DNA of 64,000 nucleotides. It comes from a bacterium (GTDB lineage Bacteria > AUK180). The notes beneath the pieces are model-generated. The model searched no databases. It was not told the origin of the DNA and saw nothing but the letters and a program-made list of their open reading frames with translations. Positions 62,779-64,000 of this stretch are shown one piece after another. The stretch covers positions 5,054-69,053 of the forward strand of contig JAGLWT010000133.1 of the NCBI GenBank assembly GCA_023133295.1, in the 5' to 3' direction. Position numbers and translations under genes: made by a program. Positions within the stretch are counted from its first letter, which is position 1, and every line of letters starts with the position of its first letter.

Positions 62779-62848
62779 TTAGCGATTAATCTAAATACGA
62801 TTCTTCCTGGTATAATGTTCACTTTCGTATTTAGCTAAATACGCAAGT
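62774..62848. promoter_or_regulatory. arsR-like promoter/operator region containing a second palindrome (ACTTTCGTATTTAG|CTAAATACGCAAGT, 14-bp arms with 1 mismatch) plus extra half-sites (GCATTTAGCG, CTAAATACGA), and a TGgTATAAT extended -10 on the + strand
   Basis: Seen directly. The half-site TATTTAG/CTAAATA recurs three or more times within 75 bp immediately upstream of the regulator gene. Confidence 0.5.
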
Positions 62849-62852
62849 ACCA

Positions 62853-63740
62853 TCACACATCTCTTCCGATTTCTGCAGAATATATTTCGCGGGCATCCCC
62901 GATAAGATAAATTTCGTTCACAATACCATTTGAAATATCGATCTCTATTGTCAAGACAATTCCGCTTTTTGTTGTAACATGGACCGGAGATTTCACATCT
63001 TCATTTTGTATAGCGATAAGAGCACACGCTACCGCCCCTGTACCGCAGGCGAGAGTTTCATTTTCCACTCCCCTTTCATATGTTCTGATATTAATGGAAT
63101 TTTTTCCCGTTGCTTCATACCAGTCAACATTTGTTCCCTGCGGTGCGAATGTCTCATGATGTCGAAAGAAATTCCCGGCACTTATGATCTCCCCTTTGGG
63201 TAATCCCTTGATAACATAATGAGGTACTCCTGTGTTTATATACTCTCCAGAAATATTTATATCTTTATACATTATCGTATACCCTTCCGATGCCTCCGCC
63301 GTGACAAGTTTCAATCGCACCTGGTCTCCCTGAATAACTGAATAGTATTTTCCGGAAGCCGTAACAAAAGACATATCTTTTCCCGCAATGCCTTCACGGT
63401 AGGCAAACATCGACACACATCTCCCGCCATTACCGCACATATCGGCAGCGCTGCCGTCCGCATTGAAGTAAAGCATTTCAAAATCCGCATCGGGCGACGG
63501 CTGAATAACGATCAGCCCGTCCGCACCCGCAGATAGCGCGCGCGGACAAAGGGTTTTTGCCAACCCTCCCCAATTCTCCTTATACTGTATGGTATAATTA
63601 TTTATCATTATAAAATCATTGCCCGCGCCTGAATACTTAGTAAATTTCACTGCTTTTCCCATTCTTATAACTCCATCCACTTTTTCAATAGGGATTCTTT
63701 CACGCTCTCGCTCAATGGACACGCCTTTCGCCGGGAGCAT
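62853..63740 (-). CDS. dapF: Diaminopimelate epimerase (probable true start MGKAVKF at ~63662)
   Basis: FTKYSGAGNDFIMINNY near the N-terminus, the first catalytic Cys in MCGNGGRC, and the second in ACGTGAVA. Confidence 0.85.
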   Translation of the reverse strand: MLPAKGVSIERERERIPIEKVDGVIRMGKAVKFTKYSGAGNDFIMINNYTIQYKENWGGLAKTLCPRALSAGADGLIVIQPSPDADFEMLYFNADGSAADMCGNGGRCVSMFAYREGIAGKDMSFVTASGKYYSVIQGDQVRLKLVTAEASEGYTIMYKDINISGEYINTGVPHYVIKGLPKGEIISAGNFFRHHETFAPQGTNVDWYEATGKNSINIRTYERGVENETLACGTGAVACALIAIQNEDVKSPVHVTTKSGIVLTIEIDISNGIVNEIYLIGDAREIYSAEIGRDV

Positions 63741-64000
63741 ATCTCCGTGAGCATCATTCCAACCGACACGGAAACATTGAGCGATTGTGAGAATCCCATA
63801 GGATCTATGATCACATTTCCCGAAGCGGCTGCGATAATGTCTTTTTCCTTAAATCCCAGGCCTTCGCTGCCGAAGCCGAATATTAATTTACCATCAACCA
63901 CGGTCGTTCTGAAGGAATGAGCGTCCTCGGACAACATAGTCAGATAGAGTTTATAGCCGTTCTCTTCCACCCAGATCAAATATTCCTCGGTCTGCTCATA
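63665..64000 (-). CDS. SpoU/TrmH-family RNA 2'-O-methyltransferase; N-terminus lies beyond the window end
   Basis: C-terminal SPOUT motifs: LIFGFGSEGLGF ... IDPMGFSQSLNVSVSVGMML. The ORF remains open at the window end. Confidence 0.65.
   Translation of the reverse strand, partial: YEQTEEYLIWVEENGYKLYLTMLSEDAHSFRTTVVDGKLIFGFGSEGLGFKEKDIIAAASGNVIIDPMGFSQSLNVSVSVGMMLTEICSRRKACPLSESVKESLLKKWMEL

Noticed and set aside
62811-62819. TGgTATAAT extended -10 element on the plus strand pointing into the 3' end of dapF
   Set aside because: There is no downstream plus-strand gene, so it is more likely part of the operator/half-site cluster or a chance match. It is recorded in case of an antisense or small transcript.
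1-64000. tRNA, rRNA or tmRNA genes
   Set aside because: No cloverleaf-like GC-rich ~75-nt segments or rRNA-like conserved stretches were spotted in intergenic regions. This is a by-eye scan only; tRNAscan/Infernal would be decisive.

Overview
This reads as a ~64 kb chromosomal segment from a Gram-negative bacterium of uncertain identity, carrying roughly 50 protein-coding genes. Some look like a Bacteroidota/FCB-group organism (a T9SS-type C-terminal sorting domain), but the start codons are preceded by Shine-Dalgarno sequences. I found no rRNA, tRNA or CRISPR array.

Both ends are housekeeping genes. The 5' end carries mnmG (truncated at the window edge), a PAP2 phosphatase, a PcrA/UvrD helicase and PilT. 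The 3' end carries the conserved rpoN neighbourhood (kdsC, lptC/A, lptB, rpoN, hpf, hprK), a mannose-family PTS operon with ptsH and ptsI, then folC, accD and dapF.

The middle is accessory and holds five notable blocks:

- a 1772-aa secreted clostripain-like (C11) protease with three P-domains and a T9SS C-terminal sorting domain;
- a family of ~100-nt intergenic repeats with the core GGTGTTTCACTTCTTTCACTTA, at four sites between 5.7 and 13.5 kb;
- an AT-rich island (~17.7-24.7 kb) containing an IS481-like transposase with duplicated ends, a DUF4365-like candidate defence protein, a possible C39-like peptidase and small orphan ORFs;
- immediately upstream, a translationally coupled operon: giant FlgD-Ig/beta-propeller surface protein (1787 aa), TPR lipoprotein, Sec-dependent RHS/YD-repeat toxin (1716 aa) with an HExxH C-terminal tip, and a secreted candidate immunity protein. 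A fragment of the RHS gene is duplicated in front of a downstream orphan ORF. No T6SS genes are present. This is the most likely candidate for a previously undescribed toxin-delivery or polymorphic-toxin system;
- a polysaccharide cluster (~36.2-44.9 kb) headed by a radical SAM/SPASM enzyme coupled to the priming sugar transferase, followed by Wzz-like, Wzy/ligase-like, and GT2/GT4/GT4/GT2 genes. One GT2 lacks a canonical start codon.

Other oddities: a GH57 glycoside hydrolase embedded in the PTS operon, and an ArsR-family regulator flanked by two copies of a near-perfect palindrome.

All calls rest on motif recognition by eye. No database searches were run.
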